This document shows positions 36,331 through 48,149 of a stretch of 64,000 bases of DNA, piece after piece (positions within the stretch are counted from its first letter, which is position 1; every line of letters begins with the position of its first letter). The notes beneath the pieces were generated by a model. The model searched no databases. It was not told where the DNA came from and saw nothing but the letters and a program-made list of their open reading frames with translations. A program made the translations under genes and the position numbers. This DNA is from Eledone cirrhosa (taxonomy: Eukaryota), in contig OZ024742.1 of assembly GCA_964016885.1 (NCBI GenBank), positions 145,514,001 through 145,578,000 on the forward strand, given 5' to 3'.

Positions 36331-36770
36331 AAGTTGACCCTAAATATGACTAATAGCTCTAAGGAAAGACATGAATGACACCACATCTTTTAAACATTGA
36401 TTTTGAAAGTAGGTTTATAATTATTAATTTTCATTATACTTTTGTAGCTGTCTCAGTGGCCTAGTTGGAGGATCCTGGTCTGAAGTTTGATCCTGGTCAT
36501 GAGTAGGGTTCCCAGTAAACCTTTTCATTATTTTTTCTCTGAGATGTAAAATAAAAACTGAAAAAGATTACATGTACCTCTTGACCAGGATTGAACCCAA
36601 GGACAGGACCTCCATTATCTCTAATACACCTACCACTAGGCCACAGAAACAATTACTAAAATTTCATTAAAATTCATACATATAAACCTACTTTCAAAAT
36701 TTGCAAAACAAAATGATCTGGTGTCGTTCATGTCTTTCTTAATGTTATTGCTCCTACTTAAGGTCGACTT
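36331..36770. mobile_element. Fold-back MITE-like element with inverted tRNA-like modules
   Basis: Inverted matches aagttgacc/ggtcgactt, gaaagacatgaatgacacca/tggtgtcgttcatgtctttc, ttttgaaagtaggtttata/tataaacctactttcaaaa, gtggcctagt/actaggccac, atcctggtca/tgaccaggat. Confidence 0.75.
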
Positions 36771-37707
36771 CTATGCTTGTGTGTGTGTATATATGTATGT
36801 TTGCATGCATGAATGAATACACAAAGCTTTAGATTTAGTAGAATGTACAAACACTGATTCCAGCTATTTGCACTATCATATATTTTAGTTTTCATTAATT
36901 CCCTGAGGAATTGGTTGACCAAATGCTTGCTTAATTGTTCCATTTATTTTTTATTTTATTTTATTATTTATTTTAGACTTCAGGTATTTTTTGAAAACAA
37001 AGCATTGGCCCCTAAAATACTAGTGGGTCCCTGCAATGCCTCCGTGGGCCCCCTTGTATTGGGGAACCTGGCCACCTTGCCACTGCCTATATATATATAT
37101 AACATTTTGATATGGTTTCTCTAGCTGAATGCCCTTTCCATTGCCAACCATTTTGCAGAGTGAATTGAGCACATTTTATTTTGGCAACATCACATATACA
37201 CACTCATTATCATCTATTGTTTGATGTTACAGCTCGCCTTGCAGGTTTAGCCTGCCTACTATGAGGTCCCATGTTGTAGGATGTGTCATAGGTCCTTGTC
37301 TGGTTGCTGTCGAGACTTTAGGCATCCACGGACTTCATACAGTTGATCTCCTTTGTAAAATCGTATTGATAGCAACGCATCTTAGGAAGGAGCCCTGCGA
37401 GGTGCTGTGGTTGATGCAGCATGTGTCATTGACCATTGTCCGCAGGAATGCCTTTGCCATTTAGTCTGCGGGGTGCAGCCAAAACACCGCTCTGACTTGA
37501 GTGTAGGGTCTATCAGCCTCTTCCCTTCCTCCTTTCTCTATTAGTACTTGCTCTTCCCCTTTATATTTATAGTCCTTTCTAATGCTGCTTTCTTTTTCTG
37601 TATGTTAAACCAAAACCCCATTGTATGACTATGTTTAAACAGAGTTTTGTTCTTAAATTTGTTCCCTTATTTTATTATGTATATGTTTTTGATTTTTCTT
37701 TCAAGCG

Positions 37708-38040
37708 ATCCTGGGTAAGAGGTAGATGTCTAATTTGAAATGCCACAATCAGTGACTCTTTCAGTCTGTCACACATCCTGGATGCTGCGGTAAATGTGAA
37801 GGTAACTACTTCTGTAGCTGAATGGAATAACATTTTTAAATACCGGGAATTATCAATAAACTTTTTCCAGCCTGTGGCGTTCGAGGTGTTTGGAGAAGTT
37901 GGACCAGACCACTGACAACAAAGTTCAGGTCATCGTTGGCACCTCGCCTTACCGAGGTATCAAGTGATGCCCGTGAGGGTGCTTGGTTGATTCAGCGCTT
38001 TAGCCTTGCTATCCCCTGCGGTAACAGTCTGTGTGTTGAT
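37708..38040 (+). mobile_element. CRE-like retrotransposon restriction-like endonuclease fragment
   Basis: WVRGRCLI..SDSF, KYRELS..FQPVAFEVFGEVG and AWLIQRFSLAI..GN motifs. Confidence 0.7.
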
Positions 38041-38361
38041 TTGCATCAAAAAGTATTAGAGGGTGGCTCTGGTACCCCCTTGAGGTGTGTGACCAATTGA
38101 CACACTTTGATTCTATATTTTCATATGAAATGTATATGTAATTAAGCAATAGAGATATATGTGTTGCTATTTGACAGCTAAAGCATTTGTGTTTATAATT
38201 TCAACCTATTTATATTGTCAGTATATTTGTTAGAGAAAAAATATAAAATTTCAAGTACATCGTTTATTTCTCTATAATAAAAAAGTTTTACGTGTGACCG
38301 GTGCTGTTTAAATGCTAAAAATATATAATTAAATATCATATATAACATTATATGAGTTTAA

Positions 38362-38535
38362 CCCTTTAGCATTTACATTATATTTACTATTGTATTTTCA
38401 TGGTATAGGCTATATCTCACGTAATATCGAATCTATGAGATTTTGATAACAACACCTTATCATAAGTATGATCAGCTTGAACAGAAAGAGGTGTGAGAGT
38501 TCTGGACAGATATGACTGGTTTAAATGCTAAAGGG
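38362..38535. mobile_element. piggyBac-type MITE
   Basis: 14-bp TIRs ccctttagcattta/taaatgctaaaggg flanked by TTAA at 38358-38361 and 38536-38539. Confidence 0.85.
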
Positions 38536-39354
38536 TTAAATGGAATTTTGTTTCTAAATTTGAACCCTTAAGTTATGTATATGTTTTCGATGCTTTTTTC
38601 AAGCGATCCAGTACAATATTTGTCTTTAAGATAAATAAACTCATCATGGCTTGTTTAATTGAAAAATGTAATTCTGAGAAAAATTATTTTGAATTCCCAT
38701 CCAATTTTTTATCAATGTGATCAATATTCAAGGTGTCGTTTATTTCCAGCGAATGTGAAATAATTTGATTTGGTTGACACTTTGACTGTGATGGATGTCG
38801 GTAGCTAAGTCTGATTGAGTTTCGCATTCTGAGTCGGGGCTGATGTATGTAGGGGATTAAAATGTCAATGTGGGAAGCCCCATGATTTCTGGAATCTTCA
38901 TGGATTGTAATGTCAATTAAATACCAAATTGAACTTAAGGTATTAATTATTATAGAAAGACACCCCCATCAATTTCAGTGGGAAATATTTTTTCTTTGGT
39001 TTTTTTTTTGTGTGCTATCTATTAAACTTATCTCCTAATATGGCACAAAGGACTTTTTTCCCATTAATGAAATGGAGAGGGGGGACCCTTGAACTTTTCA
39101 CACACACTCTCGCCCAGGGTTAGGGGGTAAAGAAAACTTAGGCAGGCCCCCACTATTTTCCAAGGAAAAAAGTCCTTTGGAGCATGTTAGGTAAAAAAAA
39201 AGTTAAAGAAAACACGAGAGGTGGGAGGTGGGGTGAAAAACCCAAGGTCCCCCTTCTTTTTCCAGGGAAAAAGTTTAGTATGGCCACTTTAACTGTTAAT
39301 ATTGAGTGTAAGGATAAAATTATTTATGACAACAGCGACCTATTTTATATCATG

Positions 39355-39545
39355 AGGGTGATGGATTGGCAGTATTGGTAGGGCGTCGAACAAAATGCTT
39401 TGTAATATTTAGTTTAGGACTTTCTACGTTCTGAGTTCAATCCCACCAAAGCTAACTTTGCCTTTAATCCTCTTGGGGTCAATATAATCGACTTGCCCCT
39501 TCCCCCAAATTGCTGGCCTTGTGCTAATAGTAGAAAGAATAATTT
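39355..39545 (+). mobile_element. OK-like SINE, diverged
   Basis: ggattggcagtattggtag..ctgagttcaatccc..aactttgccttt..gctggccttgtgc. Confidence 0.75.
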
Positions 39546-40169
39546 ATCATACCACTGAATAAGAACGTAATGCACATTTGGGGAAAAAACTTGAATCCAA
39601 TTACTTGTTGGGCTTCACATCCCACATATACATAATTTTATATATTATCATATTCTATTCATTCTATGTAATAAATATGTATAATATTCTATATCCTTCT
39701 TCTACACATTGTGTGTACCCATGTCATACGAGGAGCTAAAAAGGCTGGCATTAGGAAGGGCATCTGGCTGTAAAACATTGGTTCACAAGGCAAACACCTG
39801 CTTTTGCAGGGAAAATGACCTTAAAAGGCTTGTTGTTGTTGTTGTTTGTTATTGTCACTGTCATAGAGAAGATCAGTCATATTGAGCTGTAGGCTGAAAT
39901 TCTAGTTTTTACACCAATGTTTTTAGTTTCCAGATTCTGGCAAATCTAACAAATATCTTCCCAGCTTTTCAAATTCTGTTATTGACCTCCATCCACACAG
40001 ATTATATTACCCTATAAGGTATAATATGGCATATTATCTAAATCTTCATCGTTTACAGCAATCTTTAGACATTCATGATTGAATTAAATGTAAGCTGAAC
40101 TTTTCTATTATGGACTTTACAGAACTTGTAGATATTTGCATGCTTTCTTCATCTTGTCGTAACAATGCA

Positions 40170-40745
40170 ATATCATTAAGTAAATCCAATTGACATACCA
40201 TCTCATAATTATCCCATATGAATCCATGAGCTTCTCAATCAACCTGCCTGCTCTATCAAGCTTGAAGATGAATGGAGAAAGTACACAGCATTGTCTAATA
40301 TCATTTCAACAGTAAAACAGTCTGTCAATGCTTCATTAACATGTACACAACTATGTTAAAGGTCTCTACCTATTCCTTCATGTTATGTGTCATCTAGAAC
40401 ATCAATAAACTGATGCTTAACAAGCAAATGGATCTTTCAATTTCCACACATTCTCCAGGTTGTCTTATGTATAGCTCTCATTCTGAAGTCACTAATCACT
40501 CATGTTAAGTGGTATATAATTCACCAAGAAGAAAATTAATATTCACAACCACCATTCTATCCTGTAGTGAGTATGAAGTCAACCTGGCCAGTTTCCTGAA
40601 GTCGTCATACAGATAGTTACATCATTTGCATCATAGATCTACAAGAACCCTCTCCATTTCTTGCACTGTATTATAGCCACCATATACTCCATCATGGTTC
40701 TGCCAAAGATGTCCATTGAAGTCACCAACTAAAATAATAAAGTTG
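40170..40745 (-). mobile_element. Degraded RTE LINE pieces
   Basis: IILVGDFNGH endonuclease motif and an IRQCCVLSPFIF RT remnant. Confidence 0.55.
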
Positions 40746-41264
40746 CAAGTGTGGTATGTAGATAGCAAAAAGAAAGAAGAATATAGGAATAAAAGAGAGG
40801 GGGATGTATAAGGAGGGAACTTTTTATAGAGATAGTGTATCATGATAGGCTTAATGAAAAATGGTGAGGTTATTTCAACAAAGAGCACTGTTTGTAACAA
40901 ATAGCATAAAAATAAAACACAAATTTCATTATCACTGTTTAACATCTATTTTCCAAGCTTGCATGGCTAAACAGGTTGTTACATTATGATGCTAGACAGG
41001 TCAGGTCACATCTTGCTCATATGATCCATTTTGGGCTTGGTTTAGTGGCTGGATGCTCTTCCCAATGCTAACCATATTACAGTGTGTAGCAGGAGTTTTT
41101 CATGGCACCAGAGCTAGCTACCACCTTATAGGGTAGGCTGGGTGCTTTTTGTTGTGGCATCTACACTATGAGAGAGCAATTCAAATTCGAAAAAAACTAA
41201 ACTTATTTAGGAGTAAGAAAAGTTAATGAAAGAAAAAAAAATGAAAATTATCTATCTTCTTTCA

Positions 41265-42235
41265 AACATTTCTTGTCTGGAATATATGAAAAACTGAAAT
41301 GATTTTCTTAGTTATTTCTTCTTTTTACTTTTGAAAGAGAATAATTTCCTACATATTTCACACCAGGGTTTTTACAGTCATGGTTAGTGAGAATGTATAC
41401 CTGTAAGAAAATTTCATGACAAATGACTGAGTAGATTTTTCTCCAGGATGTATTAGTGGAATATGAAATTATTGAAGTCAAGGAATGATTTCCAGAATAT
41501 TTCACATTGATATAGTTTTTGTTTTGTATGCATTTATTTATCAAATTACAAATAAGGATTTCTTAAATATTTTAGAGAAAAGATTTTGCTCAAATTAGAG
41601 CACATTTGTAGATTACAAAATAAAAGTTCAAAGTGAATGATTTTCAACATATTTCTCATAAATGTTCACCAATGTGTATTCATTTGTGGTTATAAGTTTA
41701 GATTTGCAGGAAAAAGATTTCTCATGTTTTACACTTAAAGGGCTTCCTTTTAGTGAGTATTAGTTCATATCTTTTTATGTGAGTGTAAGTAATGATTTCT
41801 CACATATTCTACAATGATATGGTTCCTCTTCTGTGTGTATTTGCTTGTATTAGTTTAAATCACTATTATTAACAAAAGATTTACCGTATATTTCACAATC
41901 ACATGGTTTTTCTCAAATGTGTCAACGTTTGGAGTCTTTAAGATGACAAAGGATTATTTTAACACATCTCAACTTCCTATAGTGTGATTACAAGAGAAGA
42001 GTTCTAAAAAATGTTTTACCATATATATCACAGTGATAAGATTAATCTCTAGTGTGCATCTCCTTGTCATTTATGTGTCTTCACATGATTTCCTAAATAT
42101 TTCAGTTAAAATGTTTATGACTTTTATATCACAATTATTTACAAAAGATTTTCCACACCATTACAGCTATATGGTGATACACCAATGTTGTGGATTTTAA
42201 TTTTAATAGTTTCAACAAATAATTTCTCATATATT
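41265..42235 (-). pseudogene. Decayed C2H2 finger array downstream of the 42236-43570 stop
   Basis: Degenerate tgtgaaatatgt/ggaaaatc/cacact..gagaaa periodicity; ~41720-41915 aligns with the coding fingers at ~63465-63665; a near-identical copy lies at 56076-57066. Confidence 0.75.
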
Positions 42236-43570
42236 TCATTTCAAAGCATTTTCTCTGGTGTGTATTCTTTTGTGAATTGTCAAATTACGCTTACTAGCCA
42301 AAGATTTTCCACATGTTTCACAGTGGAAAGGCTTTTCTCCAGTGTGTATTTGTTTGTGTCTGCTTAAATCACTAACATTAACAAAAGATTTTCCACATAT
42401 TTCACAGCTGTGAGGTTTTTCTCCAGTATGCCTACGTTTGTGCATTGTAAGCCTAGAATTTTCAATGAAAGATTTTCCACATATTTCACAGTGGTAAGGT
42501 TTTTCTCCAGTGTGTATTCTTTTATGAACTGTTAAATCACTGTTACAGGTAAAAGATTTTCCACATGTATCACAGCGGAAAGGTTTTTCTCCAGTGTGTC
42601 TTCTTTTGTGTTTTGTTAAAACACAATTATGTGCAAAGAATTTTCCACATATGTCACAATGGAAAGGTTTTTCTCCACTGTGTACTCGGTTATGTTTGAT
42701 TAAATCACCATTATTAAAAAACGATTTTCCACATATTTCACAGCTGTATGGTTTTTCTCCAGCATGCCAACGTTTGTGGAGTGTAAGCTTAGACTTTACA
42801 AGGAAAGATTTTCCACATATATCACAGCTGTGCGGTTTTTCTCCAGTGTGTCTACGTTTGTGGGTATCAAAATATGAATTATCAATGAAAGATTTTTCAT
42901 ACATTCCACAGCAATAAGGTTTTTCTTCTGTATGTGTGCTTCTGTGATTTGCCAATATACGGATAGAGAAAACTTGTCCACATATTTCACATTGATAGGG
43001 ATCTTCTTCAGTGTGATTCCGCATGTGGATAACACGTTGATAGTTAACAGAGAATGATTTCCCACATATATCACATCGATACGGTTTTTCTCCAGTGTGA
43101 CTACGTATGTGGATGACTAGACTAGTATTTTGAGAGAAAGATTTCTCACATATTTCACAGTGGTACGGTTTTTCTCCAGTATGGATTCGTTCGTGGATTT
43201 TTAAATTACTGTTATTTCCAAAAGTTTTTCCACATGTTTTACAGTTATACGGTCTTTCTCCAGTGTGTTTACGTTTATGGATTGTAAGCATAGAATTTTC
43301 GGTGAAAGATTTCCCACATGTTTCACAACAAAAAGGTTTTTCTCCGGTATGACTACGCATGTGGACAGCAACATGAGATTTCCGAGTGAAGGATTTTTTG
43401 CATACTTCACAGTGAAATGGTTTTTCCCCAGTGTGTATTCTTTTGGGTTTTGTTAGCTTTTCCGTACTGTGTATTTCTTTGTGAATGAAGACTTCATGTT
43501 CTGAACAGAATGTTTTCTTACAAATATCACAGCTATATTCAAAGGTGTCGAAATCTTTAACATCTTCCAT
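42236..43570 (-). CDS. Tandem C2H2 zinc-finger protein, 444 aa, about 14 intact and 1 degenerate finger
   Basis: Uninterrupted ORF with TGEKP linkers; inverted paralog of 54564-56075; candidate acceptor tttgttatAG at ~43873. Confidence 0.92.
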   Translation of the reverse strand: MEDVKDFDTFEYSCDICKKTFCSEHEVFIHKEIHSTEKLTKPKRIHTGEKPFHCEVCKKSFTRKSHVAVHMRSHTGEKPFCCETCGKSFTENSMLTIHKRKHTGERPYNCKTCGKTFGNNSNLKIHERIHTGEKPYHCEICEKSFSQNTSLVIHIRSHTGEKPYRCDICGKSFSVNYQRVIHMRNHTEEDPYQCEICGQVFSIRILANHRSTHTEEKPYCCGMYEKSFIDNSYFDTHKRRHTGEKPHSCDICGKSFLVKSKLTLHKRWHAGEKPYSCEICGKSFFNNGDLIKHNRVHSGEKPFHCDICGKFFAHNCVLTKHKRRHTGEKPFRCDTCGKSFTCNSDLTVHKRIHTGEKPYHCEICGKSFIENSRLTMHKRRHTGEKPHSCEICGKSFVNVSDLSRHKQIHTGEKPFHCETCGKSLASKRNLTIHKRIHTRENALK

Positions 43571-44089
43571 ATTAATTTTCGATGAATTCTTTAAAGCTGA
43601 GAAATCTCCTATGTTTCAGTGTCTTTTTTTTTAGAGTATGAAAGTATGTTTACATGTCTGATATAGATATTATGAGCTTCGGCTATATGTGTGATATAAA
43701 TATTGCAATTTGTTTGTATGATATAATTAGATCAGATGACGTTATTAAAATATGAAGTAGGCGGTGTTGTTGAAAATATTCCCCTCGCCTAAATAACACC
43801 AGTAATATGCAATAACATACTTCTGTACATTCAGAAAAACTATATCAATTTACTCCTTCAATTGTCTTCAACCTATAACAAATTTATTTTCCAAGAACAG
43901 TTTGCCAATTTACAGAATAAAACACATTGAAGAAAAACGTAATTGTCGTGAAAGGTAATATTTGTAAATGTTATTCACAGTTGTATAAATAACATTATGT
44001 TTTCATTGTGAAAGAATTGCGAACAATTTGTAAACACATATAATAAATACCATTAATGGAATGTTTTGAGGCAAATGTATTATTTACAC

Positions 44090-45062
44090 TAACATGGAGG
44101 TGGATGAAGCTCTTCTACGTGGGAGAGAGCTGGGTTTGTCTGTTCCTTGCACGGTAGAGGACAAACGGAGACAGAGGGTTTGGGGCAACATACATTCGAA
44201 GGCCACCTTTGACTCTTTCTTCGACCAGTCAGATCATTTCTCAAGATGCCGCTTACTGTCTACTAGCATCAAATACTCAGGAGACTGGGTTAATGCCCTA
44301 CCAGTGGCCTACTCAGCCTGGACGAGCTTCGTGTCTCCATTGCTCTCAGAGTGGGAGCCGATGCCTGTGTAGTGACCTACATTCCGAGGGCTCATGGATA
44401 CATTCTCCGTGCGTTGTTTTGCTCAGTTCAGCCAATCGCCGCCAGCGTAGGAGAATGTGTCTCGACTTCCACCCAGAGGGAAAAATTCCCGCGGCGATTC
44501 ATAAATCTCTCTCTCACTATAACAAATAACAACAATAACAAAATATCATTTCTTATTAATATTATACCATGTAGGCATAATATTATTTTTCTGCTAAACC
44601 TGTACAGTACTGAAATGTCGGTGCGGTCGGCTCATCGACTCAATAGGCCTTCACGGTCTATCTTGCAGTCAGAATGCCGGTCGCTTCGGGCGTCACTCTG
44701 AACTAAACCACATCACGAAGAGGGCTTTGGCTCGGGGAAAACATCCCCTCAATTTTGGAACCGTCTGGGCTGTCCAGAATTGATGAGAAAAAACCTGACG
44801 GTCTTACCTGTGTCCCTAGATAAGAGGCAGGTGTCTTATCTGGGACGTCACAGTCAGTGACTCTTTTGCTTCTTCCCACATCGTGGATGCTGCAGTTAGT
44901 GGGTGAGCTACTGTGTTCGTAGCCGAATGGAACACAATTCTGAAATATCAAGATCTGTCGGTTAACTACACTTTTCAGCCTGTGATGTTGGAGACGTTTG
45001 GGGAAGTCGGGCCGCTGACTGCGAGGACCTTGTCATCAGTGGAGGCTCGCCTGATCGAAGTA
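44090..45062 (+). mobile_element. CRE-like retrotransposon 3' fragments (pre-RLE and RLE), interrupted at ~44380-44600
   Basis: SGDWVNALP, LRVSIALRVGA, LEPSGLSRIDEKKPDGLT..LIWDVTVSDSF and KYQDL..FQPVMLETFG motifs. Confidence 0.75.
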
Positions 45063-45849
45063 ACAATTATTTTGCAGTTCATCTCTGTTGTGTTTTGGTG
45101 AGGACCTACAGCTAACTGCTTTAGGTTGAGAGTACCTAACTTAAAATGCACACTGAAATGAGACTCATTCTGAGTGTGAACCTATGGATTGTACCAAAGT
45201 TTATGTAAATGATTGAGTAGCACCTTCACTTCATATACCACATGGTAAAACTTTCAGTTCAGGAATATTTAATAGTACATCTTCCAGGGTATAGACAGCA
45301 GAATCACTTTTCTCCTATTGTCACATTCAGTCAGATTGCTTGTCATGGGTGTGCAAGTTGTGTCAGGTGACCGTGTCCTGCTCATACAGAACTGTTTCTG
45401 GATATATTTCTACAGCTGGATGCCCTTCCTAATGCCAACCACATTTACAGTGTGGGCTGCGTGCTTTTTGTCGTGACACCTACATGACCTCTTTACAGTG
45501 GTAAAAATTCTAAAGGCAGGCAGTGCATAATTTTATAGGAACATTGAAGCATTAAATAACTACATAAAGATGAAGACCAACCAAACACTGCTATGACTAC
45601 ATGATACTGCTACTGGCTGTCTATTGATTTGATGATGATGTTGCTTCTCTCCATTTGATATCTCAACCTAGCCTCTGATGAACATGTAAATGTGATATAA
45701 GTCCAATATATGAAACATAGATCTGGGGACAAGCCAGGCATAGATAAAAAAAAACACATTGTTACTAATGGATGACCAAAATATAAAAATGATGCCGGGC
45801 TGCCCTTCTATCATCCCATTGCCCATTGTGTTAAGATTTGAACTGTTGC

Positions 45850-46880
45850 ACCACATCATACACAACTCTCCTCAACACCTTCCAATCCACAGTGTATCCT
45901 TAAGCATTCTATGCAGGAATTGCACAGTCTGTGAGGATATGCTTCAGTTAATCTTTATAATGTTTCTTAGGACCACTGCATTGATAGTTAGCTCATCATA
46001 AAGCACTGTTCTCAGCAGTCAGAGCTCATCCACACAGATTACATGCCTGGCCAGTGGAGAATGAGCTTTATGATCATTGCTTCAATGCTAATTGATTATG
46101 AATGCATGAGAATTTCAGTAAGGAGTTTTGTCCCTTGAAGTGATTCAAAGATACACTGCAAACATCAAGTGTGAAAGGCTTCAAATGTTCTGATGTTCTT
46201 CCTATAGTGTGTCCATGTTTCTAACCCATTTATACTCCTCAGTCAATATTGTGTCACTAAAGATGGTGCTCCCAAGATAGACAAAAGAAGTGGTGTAGTT
46301 TATGTCTTGGTTTTTCATAGAAATATGGGTAGGAGGTGGATTATTATTATACCCGAAAGAAGATTGCAGTATAAGGTCAAATTTAGGGACACAGCAGTTT
46401 TTGGAGATAAACCAGAAGCATTCTCTGCAGCTCATAAATGGCATTGGTCAAAGTTTTAGAGTGGATAGAAATGACATTTCCAATTGAAATGTCATACATA
46501 TTTCACCATTTACACAAGATATATGTTGAACAGAACGTAAGCAAGAACACATCCCTGTATAATATCAACACCAAATGGACAGAGACAATTCACCACCTAC
46601 AAAGACAATAGCCATCATTCCATCATGAAAAAGTCATGGCATGTGAAGAAAACATAGTGGGTACCTCAACTTCTTAAATATACCCAGTTCAAAGAAGGTA
46701 ATGCTAATCTTCCTTTTGCCTTTTGCAGAAGCTGTCAAGCTACAAAAATCATGTCAGTTGTGCCATACTGAGACAGGAATCCAGCTTGAGACTCATGGAG
46801 CACTATTGAAGCTATTCTGTAGAGATGGTGCTGTAAGAGGATGTAAATGAAGATTTTTCCTGTGACATCCAAAAGAGAAG
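45850..46880 (-). mobile_element. Degraded RTE LINE RT region
   Basis: LHESQAGF..GTTDMIF, IIQGCVLA and FVYLGSTI remnants. Confidence 0.65.
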
Positions 46881-48149
46881 TGATGCTATCTACATTAATA
46901 TTACATATACATGTAGATAGCATCACACATTTCATGTTGCGATAGATGCTATTTATAATAGACATGTCACCTATCCTTTGTATGTGTTAACATTTTTAAA
47001 AAAGAAGAAACCTATCTATTCTCTGGTTCAAGTTAATTATGACTGATCCTCATTTGTTGTTCAACTAAAACTTAACATTCACAAATCACATACATCAATT
47101 AAACTTGCAAATAATTCAATGTTTCAAATCATTGGTAGAGATTTGGTTGCTGTTTCTAGTGAGTCAAATAACCATGTAGAAGCTCCTTCCTTAACACTGG
47201 TGAGTTTGTTTTTGTTTTGGAGTATAATTTCCATTGATTGAAAGTTTTTTGTTGTCACATTATACTGTGTATAATATATAATTTTGGCACTATTACTATA
47301 TTTTTTAACTCTGGGTCTGCATTATCTCATGTGCCATATTGTATATGGAAGACTGAGGTACATCATGTTGCCCTGTTAAACATAAACTTTAGGCCCATGG
47401 CTGCCTTTAGTGGAGTTCAGTAGCAAGCATTTGGACATGCTAGTTCTGATATGGTCACATGCACTGCTATCTCCAAGGTGAACTCATCTGTGATGCAGTT
47501 ATACCAGAGCCCCATCAGGTATGACATAAATAGTGAGGTTGTCAGCTGAAATTGTGGACTCGCAGAATCAAGTCAGAGATGTTGAGCTAATATCTGGTCT
47601 TTGCATGTGTGCTGTTTGCCATTGGAATCATGACTGGCTGATATCTGTAATAACCCTACATGGTCAGTCTCTGTTTGCATTATTGTGGATTCACTTCTTC
47701 AAGCAGACTCATCTCATTCTGGATGAACACTGACACATGTACAAGTAACTACAAGCAGTTGGACCAAGCAAGATTCTGATTGATATGGTGATCTCACAAT
47801 ATACTCACTCCCTAGATCTAAAAATAAAATAAAATAACTCTAAATCCACTGTTTACAGCCTTCTGAGAATGGTTATAATTCATGCTAGTAACAATTACAA
47901 AAACATTGTGCATGCATATCTTGATTTGGTCATTTTACAGATATGTGATCCAAAAATAAAGTAGTGAAAAAGAAATTAACCATTATAATCTATTGGCTAT
48001 TGAAACTGACAATACCAATGTATTGAAAAACATTAAATGCTTTTCTTAAAAAGATATTTGGAGACATAGAGAAAGCTAATCATTTCTCTTTTATAATCAA
48101 TGAATTCAAATGATAATGATACAAGTATTGAATTACAATATGATAGTAT

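Noticed and set aside
41308-41544. 78-aa ORF present three times (41308, 56784, 62701) as a conserved small gene
   Set aside because: It starts at a non-ATG codon and reads like an off-frame translation of decayed zinc fingers (NVKYSGNHSL, VKYVGNYSL); recent duplication explains the conservation.
42594-43456. Antisense and alternate-frame ORFs over the ZNF genes (also 54820-55904, 63648-63944)
   Set aside because: These are typical shadow ORFs of periodic C2H2 arrays.
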